Notes: generated from the letters alone by a model not told the origin. A stretch of 63,994 nt of DNA, filler included, from Basidioascus undulatus (GCA_000826855.1; 4 parts of 4 records of this genome joined end to end with filler, not necessarily neighbours in it), one strand, 5' to 3'; shown: positions 49,200-62,393, counted from the whole stretch's first letter. Numbers and translations: made by a program.

Positions 49200-49969
49200 G
49201 CGAACGGCGGCGGCGTCGGGGCGTACGGCGCGTAGGGGTTATACAACGCATGCGGCGGGGGGTAGAACGCCGGCGGCGGCGGCGGAGGCGGCGTAGGGAT
49301 GTACTGCACTGCTGGGCCTTGGCCGTACGTTGCTGCCGGCGCAGGGGCGGGGCCGTATGGGGCGGGGTAGTAATATGCGGTTTGAGCGGGGGCAGGAGGT
49401 GGGGCGGAAAAGGAAGGGGTGGAGGAAGGTGTGAACGGCCGGGCGTGGACGCTCTCCTTCGCGAGCTTCCCGAGGGCGCGGATCTGGACGGCTGCGCTCG
49501 TCTGGGGGGGCGGGACGAACTCCGCCGGGCTGGAGGAGCCTGAGCCGGAATGGTCTGGCGTGAGGGGGAGAAGGGGGTGCTGATACGGCGCGGGTGGGGC
49601 GGGGATGAAAGTGGGAGGACCGGTGGGAAACATGTGCGGCGGCGGGCCGTAGGACGCCCAATGCTCGGGGTAGAAGGCGGCGGGGGGTATGCGAGCGTGC
49701 TGAGGTAGGCGCGCTTGGCTGGTGGACCGCGGGGTAGGTTGTGTGAGCGGACATCGGGGACCCCAGATACGAGGCTCGGTCGACTCACCGACTGCAGCAT
49801 CGGCGAACACGAGAAGAGCGGTAGTGTCGTCGACCCACTTGATCTTTACATCCTCCCACTTTGCAAACACGCCCTGGATGTCGCGCGTCTTGAGCTCGGG
49901 CGGGAAGCCCGAGAGCTCAAGGACCCGCGTGACGGACGAGCTGAACGGGCTGAGCGCGGTGCTCGACAT
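49145..49969 (-). CDS. R3HCC1-like RRM protein with a Pro/Tyr-rich tail (apparent 1-nt frameshift near 49685)
   Basis: RVLELSGFPPELKTRDIQGVFAKWEDVKIKWVDDTTALLVFADAAV|AKRAY matches the R3HCC1-type RRM. After the intron the natural-looking tail lies in a different frame, at a C6 run. Confidence 0.7.
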   Translation of the reverse strand: MSSTALSPFSSSVTRVLELSGFPPELKTRDIQGVFAKWEDVKIKWVDDTTALLVFADAAVGESTEPRIWGPRCPLTQPTPRSTSQARLPQHARIPPAAFYPEHWASYGPPPHMFPTGPPTFIPAPPAPYQHPLLPLTPDHSGSGSSSPAEFVPPPQTSAAVQIRALGKLAKESVHARPFTPSSTPSFSAPPPAPAQTAYYYPAPYGPAPAPAATYGQGPAVQYIPTPPPPPPPAFYPPPHALYNPYAPYAPTPPPFAYASTPPPGASEAGVGVK

Positions 49970-51837
49970 TGGGAACGGTCGGCGTGGGGGTGACTAGGAG
50001 GCGCTAGGGGGGATATTATCGCCGGAGATGGTGGTCAGGCGGAGAGCGGCGGGGGCTGGGGGAGTGGGAGGGGAAGAGCGGGTTGCTGGTGCGGGGTTCG
50101 TAAGGGTCGTGACCGATGCGTGTGCGTGTAGGGTTCAAAGGGAGAGTGGGTGGCGCAGAGGGTGTGTGTGGTGCTGCCAATATCGGCCTGCAAGAGTACG
50201 CGTGAAGAAATGGGTGCAGAACAAAACGGATGCCGAATGCGACGACGAAATGCTGGCGGACGAAGGACGAGGGATGCGGCGGGCCGTGAGCCAGGCGAGT
50301 GTCACTAGCGCATCTACTACGACTAAGTACGTAGCGCTGCAGACCGCGCCCACTTGCCATGACCCATCTTCCGTCTTTCATGATGACTAGTATTCTTCAC
50401 CGGAGCCACGAAAACGGAGCACAAGGACAGTAAATATTTGAGGAGGTCTGAAGGGTCCTACCCATACCGACTGAAGCTTTTGAAAATGGGCAATCCTGCG
50501 CAGTACTATCTCGTTTCAGTCCAGCTTTCACACCATCCGTGCATTGTGATATCGACAACTGGAACTGTTTAAAGTATTTTCAAAACTATTGGGTACAAGG
50601 ACTTCTTAAGCAGCACAGTATGTCTGTGTTGGGTACTAAGCCAAATCCTTTCACATCGTCCACTGCGTCGCGACAGACGCTGCATGCGCAACATGCAAGT
50701 GAACCGTCAAACTGCCAACGCTCGTACACACAAGATGGTGCCAGTGATACATTTTCATGTAAAACCGACCATAAGAATAAATTAATGGAGCGTGAACGCT
50801 GACCCTTCAGGCAGCAGTGCCGAAAAGACTTCTTCCGCTTGCGACGCACCAGCGCAGAGTTCCACGCACGCACGAAGAAGCAAGGTGAGGAAGAGGATGG
50901 TTGGGAGCATTGCGGGATGTGCAGGTGAGATTTGTGGGCGAGCGGGGGCGTCCAGCTAGAGGAGCGGGGGAGTGCGGATGGATTGTCGGGCGGGAGAGTT
51001 GGAAAGTACCGTAGATGGCAGAGGGCAGCGAGGACCGTCTGTGAAGCCTGTTGGCGAAACCACTATGAAGCTTTAAATCCATCATTCAGTTTGTTGCCTA
51101 GTGCACAGAAACAAAGGTCTGACAGCTCTGATCTCTTACTTGCAGACGGGACACACTGACAAGCCGAGGATGCCATTCCTTGGTGGCATGCACCGGGCCC
51201 AGTACAGCGTCTCAAACCTCGAAAATGGCCGTTTAACAGCAACAAGCTCGAAAGGGCACACTTTCTCTGACATGTTGTCGTTCACAAGACAGTTGACTGA
51301 GGGTCACTTGATAGGTGTGCGGGAGGGCGTTCTGATGCACGGCGAGTATATCACGATCAACACTTCTATACCTCTGTACTTTCCACCGCCCAGAAAATTC
51401 TCTTTCATGGTAACTGTCCTGCTGCATTTTCACTGCGGATAGAGGGTCGGCAGCGGTCCGTGTTAATGGCTGCAAGGTGTCCTACCACTCGCTGATAACC
51501 ATGCTAATTTTCTGAATACTTTCGAGCTTCAAAAGGTTCCAGAAGCCAATGTGTAACGTATGAGGGCGACACAGAGACTCGACCAAGCGAAGAAAAGGAG
51601 AAAAAAAGAACTGAGGATGCAGCGAAGGCATGTGACATCATTTGGCCCTTGCTCACGTGTCAGAAGTCGAGGCAGGGGCTCCGCGCGGCTGTATGTGGGG
51701 TTGACACTGAACAACGACCTCAACTTGTTGCGATTCACATATCTCACGACCTTCGTTTGACTCTACAACACCAGAATACATCGCACTTGACGTATACCAC
51801 CCCAAAGTACCGAAATCCAAAGCTACCACCGCGAACC

Positions 51838-53473
51838 ATGCCGCCCCGTTTCCCCGCCCACCGCGCTCTTGCCCTCGCCGTCGCTCGGCAGTACACCACT
51901 GCTGCTCCTGGAGGGGGAATCATCAGCGTACGCTTCCGTTCTCTGCACTGCTCGGAAGGGGCTGCAGCCGGACAGAGTGGTGCTGACCCTCTCCTGGCAG
52001 TCCATCCTCCACGGCTCGCCCGAGGCGAAGAAGGAGGGCGACGTCACCACCGCCCAGCACTCGAAGGCTGTCGGTCGCAACAAGTACATCCATGAGCTGC
52101 AGAGTGAGTTTGGGTGTCATACAGATCTTTGGGGTTTTAACGAACCAGGATCGGGTTTCCCCGGGTTGGAGAGGGGTGATGGATGCACGGCGCCGGCGGA
52201 CGGGCCGATAGAGGCGGAGATGTACCCGGTACCCGCCCGAGGCGGACCTTGACTGTTCCGCGATCAACGGGGAGAACGGGGCGTCGCCTCGAGGGCAGCG
52301 AGCCATTCAAGGGAATCCATTGTCCATCCTCTGCCTGGATCATGCTGTACATAGCCAGAGCTGCCCGGCAGGGCGCGCTAGAGTGCAGTACGCCGTTTGC
52401 TCGAATTACTTCTGACTCATTCCTCCTTCCTCCAGCGCACCATGTCATTCCCTCCAAAGTGGACGAATACAAGAAGGCTGCGTGAGTTCTCGCGCAGGAA
52501 GGCTCTGCTCCTTCCCCCCCGCTGGCGTTGGGGCCCAGGCTGATCGTCCGCTTGACCTTCCAGCGCCGACTACTACACTGCGCTCGCGTCTGACCCGTCG
52601 AACCACGTCAAGCTGACCGGCAGCTGGGAGACGATCATTGGCAGGCAGGACTCCTTCTTCCACAGTGTGTCCTTCTCAATCAACCCCATGTGGTCCGGCG
52701 AGCTCACCTTCGTGCCGCGCAGTCCTCGAGTATGATGGCTTTGCTGGGTACGACGCGACGACTGCGCACCTTCAGAACTCCGAGGCAAGTTGCCCCTCCC
52801 CCCTCAGACAACTATCTCACACTTCCCCAAGCTCATCACTGCCCTGCAGCTCCGCGCCAACTTCAACTCCCGCATCCTCCCGCTGCTGCGACACCGCACG
52901 AACGAGTTGAGCCAGGAGTTTGCGTTCTTCCCCTCCGCGACGCCGCACGCGACCGGCGGCGTGTTTGAGCGGAGGCGGTACGCGCTCAAGCCCGGGACGC
53001 TGCTCGAGTGGGAGAACCTGTGGAGGCAGGGGATCGAGGCGCGGAGGAAGTTCATTACGGTGCGTCGTCCACTATCAAATTGAACATGGCTGGAGTGGCA
53101 TTGTGCTGAGAGTAGGTTTGGATAAAACAGCCTGCGGGAGCGTACTTCAGCCAGGTTGGGGAGCTCCACAAGGTCACGCACCTGTGGCAGGTGCGTATCT
53201 CGGCCACTGTGTGGCCTGATGCAAGTACTGATGCTCCGCGTGCCCCGCGTTCTGCGGCGTACAGCATCCCTCGCTCGAGCAGCGCAAGACCACGCGCGAG
53301 AAGGCGTGGACCGTCGACGGCTGGGCGGAAACCGTCTCGCAGGTACGTCCAGCTTCATCTCTCATGCGCAACCGCGGGCTGAGGATGCCATGATCGATCC
53401 ACAGACCGTCAAGCTGTGCGACTCGATGGAGGCGAGCATCATGGAGCCACTGCCGTACTCGCCGCTGAAGTGA
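51838..53473 (+). CDS. NIPSNAP family mitochondrial protein
   Basis: Presequence-like N-terminus; SILHGSPEAKKEG..HSKAVGRNKYIHELQ, KLTGSWETIIG, YALKPGTLLEW, GAYFSQVGELHKVTHLWQ, RKTTREKAW..GWAETV, IMEPLPYSPLK*. Confidence 0.92.
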
Positions 53474-54002
53474 AGATCCGGGGAATGGGGAATTTTTGAG
53501 AGCAATGACGTTACGACCGCAAGGGGGATGTTTGAATGAGAAGGGCGGGATACCATCTGATCGAGAGCAGACTGTGCTGTTGTACGCGGTCTTGAGGCCG
53601 CGAGCAAGATCTACGGGACGATTGTGTTTTGGATCTGCCCCACTATGCTTGGTGTGCTTCATCTAAACGTGAACATTGCTCTATCGCAAGGAGACAGAAA
53701 AGCGGCTCTTCCACTTCCTTTCGTTATTTGGCGACGACGAGTTCGGGTTTCATTTCGGTTGGACGCGTCGCTTATGTAAGGAATCAAGCGCGTTGCCTGC
53801 CTCAACTCCTTTGCACCCCTCCCCCCCTGCCTTCAATCCCATCATCCACGTCGTCGCCACTGTCATCGACGCACCCTCGCGCGACTTTTCTACATCTTTC
53901 GATCCCCGCCGCATTTTCAGCATTCTGTTAGACGACTCTTGCACTTCGTAGCATCACTTCACGCGCTCCGAACGACTTACCGCTAGACGCGTATATTGCA
54001 GG

Positions 54003-57000
54003 ATGGCCGTACGTCAAGTATTGTACGATAACGCTTTCGGTCCATGAACTCACATCATGTCTGGGAACACAGGACTCCCTCCCCGTTCCCCCTACCGCGC
54101 CAGACGACCGCGAGCAGTCGCTCCTTTCCGACGTGATCCCCAACTCCGCGGACATCAGCCAGAAGCCGAGCCGCCAGCCGTCGCCCACGGCCAAGAAGGC
54201 CGATCCTGCTCCGCGCAAGGGCAAGGCGGCGGCTGTGGACGAAGTGGAGGAGGAGGAGGAGGAGGATGACGACGAGGCCGCGTACCAGGACGAGGAGGAC
54301 GACGCGATGGACGTCGACCAGCCCGCGGCGACGGACAAGTCGACCCGCAAGGCGCAGAAGAAGGCGAGGGAGGACGCGTTCAAGGTGCAGCGCTCGGACA
54401 TGGAGAAGGAGAAGGTGCGTTTGCGATGATGGCGGGCGACGCGGGTGGCGGGCGTGTTGAGACTGATGAAGGGGCGGATGCTCCTACACCTCGCAGCTCG
54501 CCGACTCCCTCAAGCGCTTCTCGTACCTGCTCGGACAGACGGATCTCTTCCAGCACTTCATCAACGCTCGCGTACGTCGTTATCGTCTTTTTTGGACATC
54601 GAGCGCGAATATGCGGGTGCTCACTGAATCGCGAACGTCTCCAGAAAGAGCGCGATCCCGAGTTCGCCAAGATGCTCGAGGCGTCTTCCGAGGAGAACAA
54701 CAAGAAGGGAAAGAAGAAGGCTGCGTGCGTTGATTGTCATCGCTCGGTCGGTGGGATCATGGCTAACGCGGATGGTTTGCGCAGGGTCAACAATTCCCGC
54801 ACGCGCAAGTCGGAGAAGGAGGAGGACGAGGAGCTGTTGAAGGAGGACCAGGCCGAGACAGAGGAAGACGAGCAGTTCGTGTTCACCGAGTCTCCGACTT
54901 GTGAGTCACTTGTATGGCTGGTTTAGCGACGGGGTGTGGTCGTGCGCGGGTGGCTAACAGGCGGTCTGTGAACAGACGTCACCGGCGGCACGCTGCGGGA
55001 CTACCAGATCCAGGGTCTGAACTGGATGGTGGGCTTGCACCACAACGGCATCAACGGTATCCTCGCCGACGAAATGGTACGAAAATCTTGCGTGCACTCT
55101 TCTGAGCGCTCATTGGCTCACGCTCACGCCGTGCTGTTCAGGGCCTCGGCAAGACGCTGCAGACGATCTCGTTCCTCGGCTACCTCAAGCACTACCGCGG
55201 CATCCCCGGCAAGCACCTCGTCGTCGTCCCCAAGTCCACGCTCGACAACTGGCAGCGCGAGTTCACCAAGTGGGTCCCGGGCTTCCGGACCGTCGTCCTC
55301 CAGGGCACGAAGGAGGACCGGGTCAGTCGGTTTGCTCTGGCCTTGGCCCTTCGCCAAGTTCTTCTTCCGTACTGACGCACACCTTGCAGGCTGCACTCAT
55401 CGCCAACACGATCCTCGCAGAGCAATTCGACGTCCTCATCACGTCGTACGAGATGTGCATCCGCGAGAAGGCCGCGCTCCGCAAGCTCAGCTGGGAATAC
55501 GTCGTCATCGACGAGGCGCACCGCATTAAGAACGCCGACAGCTTGCTCAGCCAGATCGTCCGCCTCTTCAACTCTCGCGCTCGCCTCCTCATCACCGGCA
55601 CGCCGCTCCAGAACAACCTCCAGTGCGTCTTCCCTGCTTCGCTCGCTGCTCTTCGGCTCTCGTTTCTGACTTGCACTCGCTTTTCTAGGGAGCTTTGGGC
55701 TCTTGTCCGTCTTGTCATACTTCTCCCAGTTAATGCGGTCCCCCGTCTGATATGGTCCTGTCCTCTTGCAGCTCAACTTCCTCCTGCCTGACGTCTTCTC
55801 CTCCGCCGAGGACTTCGACGCGTGGTTCACCAAGCAGTCGGGCGACAGCGACGAGGTCGTCAAGCAGCTGCACAAGGTCCTCCGGCCCTTCCTGCTCCGC
55901 CGCGTCAAGGCCGACGTGGAGAAGAGCCTACTCCCGAAGAAGGAGATCAACATCTACGTCGGCATGACCGACATGCAGCGCAAGTGGTACCGCAGCATCC
56001 TAGAGAAGGACATCGACGCTGTCAACGGTGCGTGGGGGTTGGTGCGTGAGCTTGTAAAACAAGCACGAGGCTGATGCAAGGCGGGCGAGGCAACAGGCGT
56101 CTCGGGCGGCAACAAGAAGGAGGGCAAGACCCGCTTGCTCAACATCGTTATGCAGCTCCGCAAGTGCTGCAACCACCCGTACCTCTTCGACGGAGCTGTG
56201 CGTCGTCGCTGCTCGCTTTGGCTCTGGTAGAATTATCGCTCATCGTATACGACGTGTTTATAGGAGCCCGGCCCGCCCTACACGACCGACGAGCACCTCA
56301 TCGACAACTCGGGCAAGATGGTCATCCTCGACAAGCTTCTCAAGTCGATGAAGGCCAAGGGCTCGCGTGTCCTCATCTTCTCCCAGATGAGCCGTGTGCT
56401 CGACATCCTCGAGGATTACTGCCTGTTCCGCGACTTCAGTGCGTCCATCTTCCCCTTCTTTCTTTCCTGCGCCTTCCCTCCTTCTTGTATAGAGTTCGCT
56501 GACCGTTTCTTCGAACAGAGTATTGCCGTATCGACGGAAGCACGACTCACGAGGACCGTATCGCGTCAATCGACGAGTACAACAAGGAGGGCTCGGAGAA
56601 ATTCATCTTCCTCCTGACGACTCGCGCGGGCGGCCTCGGCATCACCCTCAACACCGCCGACATTGTCGTCCTCTTCGACTCAGACTGGTAAGCTCGATGT
56701 CCTGCGCTCTCGTGAGGGTCTCCGTAGCTGACCGGGCCACGCTCCATTATAGGAACCCGCAAGCCGACCTTCAGGCGATGGACCGTGCCCACCGTATCGG
56801 CCAGAAGAAGCAGGTGCGTGCGCTTGACGTGCTCCTCCGACGACGCGACGGACATGCTGACTGTTTGATTGCAGGTTTACGTCTTCCGCTTCATCACCGA
56901 GAACGCGGTCGAGGAGCGTATCCTTGAGCGCGCGGCGCAGAAGCTCCGCCTCGACCAGCTCGTCATTCAGCAGGCCCGTCAGGCGCAGACCAAGGGTGCG

Positions 57001-58943
57001 TTTCCGGCGTCGTTCCCACATCGATAAAATATGATTCGGCTGACCCCGTATCTTTGCTCGCAGCTGCGAACAAGGATGAGTTGACGGATATGATCCAGCA
57101 CGGCGCGGAGAAGATCATCAACGCTCAGGAGAGGTACGTGTGCAGCATGGACGCCATAAGCCGTAGCTGACGAGGGTGCACCTATTAAACAGCATGCTCA
57201 TCAACGACGATATCGACGAGATCATCCGCTCGGGCGAGTCCAAGACGCAGGCGCTGAACGAGAAGTACGCCTCGCTCAATCTCGACGACCTCAACAACTT
57301 CAAGTCGGACTCCATCTACGCCGGTCAGGATGCGAAGGTACGTCTTGGCAACTTGATCGAGACCCTGGAGACGCGTGTCCGTACTGACTGGGAATGCGCC
57401 GCGGAGCAGAAGAAAGTCGGCACGCTCTGGATCGAGCCTGCCAAGCGCGAGCGCAAGACCAACTACTCCGTCGACGATTACTACCGCGAACAGATGCGCA
57501 TCTCTGGGCCCAAGGGCGAGAGGGGTCCGCGCCAGCCGCGCGCGCCGTCGCAGATCAAGGCGTGAGTTCCATCGTTGCGCTGCTTGTGGACTTCTCTTGC
57601 TTGTTGCGATCCTGACACGTCTTTGCAACCTCCCCAGGCCCGATTACCAGTTCTTCCCGCACCGCTTGCATGAGCTACAGCGTCGCGAGACGGCGGTTCA
57701 CCGCGTATGTATCCTGCATTTCGACCCCTTCAGAAACCTCTTGCTGACATGACGCGATCATTTCTCTCGCTGCAGCGCGCTGCTGGATACCAGGTCCCCC
57801 TGCGTACACCGGCGGGTCCGGAGGAGACGCCCGAGATGCTCGAGGAGGAGCGGAAGCGGGAGCAGGAGGAAGTCGACAACGGTGCGTTGACGTCGTCTCG
57901 TCCCCGAAGCGCAAGGCTGCCATACTGATCCTGCGGGAAACACGCAGCGGTCGCTCTTACCGAGGAGGAGCAAGCCGAGAAGGAGGAGCTCGAGCAGCAA
58001 GGCTTCATCAACTGGACTCGTCGCGAATTCCAGGGCTTCATCCGCGGTATGGAGCAGCATGGGCGTGATGTACGCATTTCGGGTACTCCTCGACGCCCGA
58101 CATTCACACTGACTTGTGCGCTTCTACAAGGACATCGCCGGCATCCGGTCGGTTATTGGCGAAGCCAACAAGACCGATGACGAGATACGCGAGTACTCGA
58201 AGGTATTCTGGGAGCGATACAAGGAGCTTGCCGGTGTGTCGTCTTCATTCTCGACCGCATAGCTGTGAGCTCATGCAGCGGCTGCGCAGACCACGAGCGC
58301 ATGATTCAGCGTATCGAGACGGGCGAGGAGCAACTCGCTGCGATGGCGTCCAAGACGGCGGCGCTCAAGAAGAAGGTGCAGTCGACGCAATACCCGCTGC
58401 AGCAGCTGCACATCCAGTACGGCGCTCAGCAGAAGGTCGGTCGCTTCGTTTCTCAATTCCCTCGAGATTGTTCTGAACCAGCTTGCTTGGCGTGTGCAGG
58501 GCAAGCAATACACCGAGGAGGAGGACCGCTTCCTCATCGTCCGCCTGTCGTTCCATGGCCTCGGCGGCGAGGACACGTACGAGCGCATCAAGCGCGACAT
58601 CTGCGATCATCCGGCCTTCCGCATGGACTGGTTCCTCAAGAGCCGGACGCCGCAGGAGCTCTCGCGTCGGTGCCATACGCTCATCGGCCTGATCGTCAAG
58701 GAGCAGGAGAAGGAGGCCGCTGCAGAGGACAAGCCCAAGGGCGGCGCCAAGGGCAAGGTACGCCGTTTTAGCAGTCGACGCTCCTCGTCATAAAGCGCCG
58801 GGGCTGACGTTCGGGAACCACTGGTGCAGAAGCGTAACATCGACGATGTCAAGGCCTCGGCGATGAACGGCGCTGGATCGTCGAGGTCGTCCACGCCGCA
58901 ACCCACAAAATCCAAGAAGGCTCGCGTGAGCACGGCAGCGTAG
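54003..58943 (+). CDS. ISWI: ISWI-family chromatin-remodelling ATPase (ISW1/ISW2/SNF2H-like)
   Basis: [107 protein letters not shown] tail ([28 protein letters not shown]). First coding exon is ATGGCC at 54003-54008. Confidence 0.97.
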
Positions 58944-59497
58944 ACTCCTCACCGTCGCTCCTCGCTGTTCACGGACTGCTTCGACCCCATCCGCATTTGC
59001 TTTTATTGTTCGAGATCTGTTTGGCTCGCGACCTGCCTGTACTGTATAGCACGCTCTCTTGTTCTTCGTTGACCCATATGTTTACATCAATGCGATCTCG
59101 CATGTAACAACATAGAAAACCACCCCGGTGGGGCATGGCAGCGTTGCGGTCCGACTGAGTCGACAATCGTGTGCGGTTCAGACTCTTGGGGGACTTGAGG
59201 AGCTACCAACCTACGCGCTCCTTGTTATTGAACCAAGACAAGGCATCAACACAATGCATGGAATGTGACACACCACAACCATGGGATGCGACGAGGTGCG
59301 ATGGCCAAGGCAGCTGAAACCCCGTCACAATTTGGCGCTCGACGGCGCAGGCGCGTCCTCCGCCTTCCTGCGTTCTTGACCTTCTCCACTGCAGAGGAGC
59401 TGCTTCCTACTACTGGTCTTGTACACGGAACCAAAGCACTCCTTTATTCCCATCTCCTATTTCTCCCCTCGCTATACAACCTCAAGTTTACCCCGGC

Positions 59498-62088
59498 ATG
59501 TCGACGGACTCGCCCAGCGCCGGCCGGTCGCTTGCGGACCGCATTGCTTCGCCTGCACGTTCTGTCTCTGCGATGTCCAACCAGAGCCTACCGAAGAGGG
59601 GTGGGTGGACGCTCTCCAACACGCACAAGACTAGGAAATGCAAGGTGAGCTCCTTGACCTTTGGCGCGATGTCTGGCGAGGTGGAGAAAGTTCACAGGTG
59701 GGGCGGTGACCGGAGCGGTGGAGGAATGCCGTGTGCTCTGTAACAGATTCGCTGACAAGCTGGCGTCTTTCGATGTGCAGGCGATCTGGAATGGGAGCAT
59801 GTGAGGCAGGATAACGGATGGTGTCGTTTGGGCCATGCTGACCCTGCCTGCGCTCGGTGGTCTCGCGTCCAGATGTCCTTACGTGCGTCTGCTGTCCTTC
59901 GTGTCTTGCCTCTCCCGGGCTTTGGCTCTGAACAATGCTATACAGGGATATGGCTGTACCTTCATTCATCCTGGCGAGCTTCATACTTCCCAATGAGTGT
60001 CTGTGTCTCAGTTCCTGACAGGGAGTGCGCTCTCCAGGTGACCCCGAAGCTGCTGGCCTCACTCCACCGCCTACGCCTTCGCGAGGAGTCTCTCAGAGCC
60101 GCAACTTCAATCGTCCTGTCGATTCAGGCTACGGCAATCGCGGCCGTCATCCTCCGCCAGCTCCTTCCTCGTACGACCGAACGAGCTCAGACGAGCGCCG
60201 CGGCTTGCTCGGCGGGCGCGTCCCGCCCCCGCCTCCTCCGCCGGCGGCGGTGCATGGTGACCGTGGGGCATCTGGAGTGTACACCCGCCGCAGGTCTGCC
60301 AGTCCGCGCAGGCGGGCTCCCTCCCCGCCGCCCCCGCCGAGGCAGCCCGAGCGCTTGTCGCCCGTGCAGCGGCGTTCGACTCCTCGACGAGATGAGGAGC
60401 GCAGACGCAGCGATGTTTTGGCGAGACCGCCTTCACCTCGCTGTAATGATCCGAAAGCTAAACATGATCGTCCCGCACCTACCCTTGCTCCGCCTGCCCC
60501 CGTCGCTGCTGCGCCTGCCGCGGCTACTTCTGCACCTGCCGCCTCCGGTGCTGCTGCTGCTGCTGCTCCCGCTCTGGACCTGTCCGGCGTCGATCTTACC
60601 GCGCTGCTCAAAACGGTCGCTGCCATTCCCGCAGCGCCTGGAGCTGCTCCTGCGCCGTCTTCTTCTGCTTCGCGTACGGACGAGCTCATGGTTAACCTGA
60701 TCGAGTGAAGTCTGCTCTGCTTGACTTTCTTCACTCCAACTGCGACGCTGACGTGCCTCTCCAGTGGTCGTATTCGCTTGCGTTCTCTCGAGCAAGAGCT
60801 CCTTGACGCTGAGAAGCATCGATACGCTTTGGAGCGTCTGCACGCTGCTAGCGCAAACGCGGCAGGCACGGTATCGGACCGCTTCAATGACGATCTTCGC
60901 GCGGCCGACTTCAACATCCGTGATCTGAAGGAGCGCCGCCGCATTGAGATGACCAAGCTCGATAAGATCGTGCACGTCATCGTCGAGCGTCTGGAGGCGG
61001 GCGGCGCTCGGTCGGCCGCATCGTCTTCGGACCTCAAGAGCCTCGAGAGCAGTCTCTCGGCGCTGAAGGAGCGCCTGCTCGCGATCGAGTCGGCGGATCG
61101 CGATCGCAAGCGCCACAGGGAGGACGGCGATGAGGGAGGGGCAATATCGGAGAAGCGCGCGGGCCAGCGGCCGGCCGTCGAGGGCGTCTCGTCTGTGGAT
61201 GTCGATGAGACGTCCGCCAAGATCACTGCGCTCGACACGAGGCTCGATGAGTGGGCGGGCCTTTACAACACGGTGCGCTTCCGCTCGCTCTGCCTCTGTT
61301 CATCGGCGATCGCTGACGGAAAAGCTGCACCATTTCAGGCTCTTGAGCAGTTCCGGCAAGATCTCGGATTGCACGCCTCGACGATCAACGCGCACACGCA
61401 GATGCTGCAAGCCAAGCCACCTCTGTCGGCCGGGGGCCTCCCGCCGGATCTCGCGAGCGCCATTATCTCGCTCGTGCGCAAGGACCACGTCGGCCCGCTG
61501 ATGGAGTTGCGCGAGGCGCTGGCGGCCATCCACACGCGCACGCAGCAAGAGACGGAGCTCGAGGACGAGGTGCGCGAGCTCCGCCGCCAGCGCGCCGCGG
61601 ACGCTCAAGCGATCGGCGAGCTCCGAAACGCGCTGGCCGAGCAAATGAAGGAGATTCAGGCGCTCAAGAAGGCGCGCGTCGATGCCGAGCTGCAGTCGCC
61701 GCCGTCGCCGCTGCAGCAGCCGCTCGTGAACTGCGTGTCTGGGACCGAGATGGCCGACGCGGCGACGGCGCTTTTGTCGCCGGTGGGAGTGCTGGAGCAG
61801 GCGGTCAGCACGGGCGACTTCTCGCAGGGCGATGAGGCGCTGGCGCCTCCGCCTTCGCCTCCCGTTCAACCTGTCGCCGCCAATAGTACTTCTCCACCCG
61901 CCGACGCCCCAGCCGACGCCGCGTCGGCGCCTGATACCCCTCAAGTTCAGCAGCCCGAGCCCGAGCAGCGACTTTCCCTCTATCCACGACCCCTTCCCGA
62001 TGAACAGCCTTCTGTTCAGCAACCGCAGGCGTTGGTTGAGCAACCGCAGCGTTCGGTCGAGGTCGAGCAATCGCAGCTTTCGGTCTAG
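59498..62088 (+). CDS. CCCH zinc-finger protein with an RS/Pro-rich region and coiled coils
   Basis: Spliced HKTRKCK|AIWNGSI|CPY|GYGCTFIHPG|DPE gives C-x8-C-x5-C-x3-H. Followed by RRRSASPRRRAPSP and heptad-like segments (LEDEVRELRRQRAADAQAIGELRNALAEQMKEIQALKK). Confidence 0.75.
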
Positions 62089-62393
62089 CAGCAGCCTGGG
62101 GGGTCCACTCCGTAGCCGATGGCAGTTGATGCGCATGCGTCTGCACCTGATGTGGAGTCGCAGCCTGCAGGGGAATGTGCAGTGGGCAGTGGCCGTTCAG
62201 TCTTGATCTGCGTGAGAGGTGACGGTCAGAGAAAGTCCAGTCTGATGAAACGTCCTTAGTTTAGACCTTCAGAATATCTTGAACATCTGCCACAGCAGAC
62301 AGTCGTTTATGGGCAGCAGGTTGGTACAGCAGCTGCTACTGCCACTGTCATTTCAGTTTCCTCTCATATGTTAAAGAGTTCTTCATATAGATA

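Noticed and set aside
52200..52360. TPP riboswitch in the NIPSNAP intron
   Set aside because: gcggagatgtaccc and ctggatcatgc only loosely resemble the consensus; the CUGAGA core and correct spacing are missing.
60147..62136. Long antisense ORFs (363, 227 and 278 aa) opposite the CCCH gene, and similar ones opposite RAD1, ISWI and the dsRBD gene
   Set aside because: Expected shadows of GC-rich codon bias; no recognisable domains.
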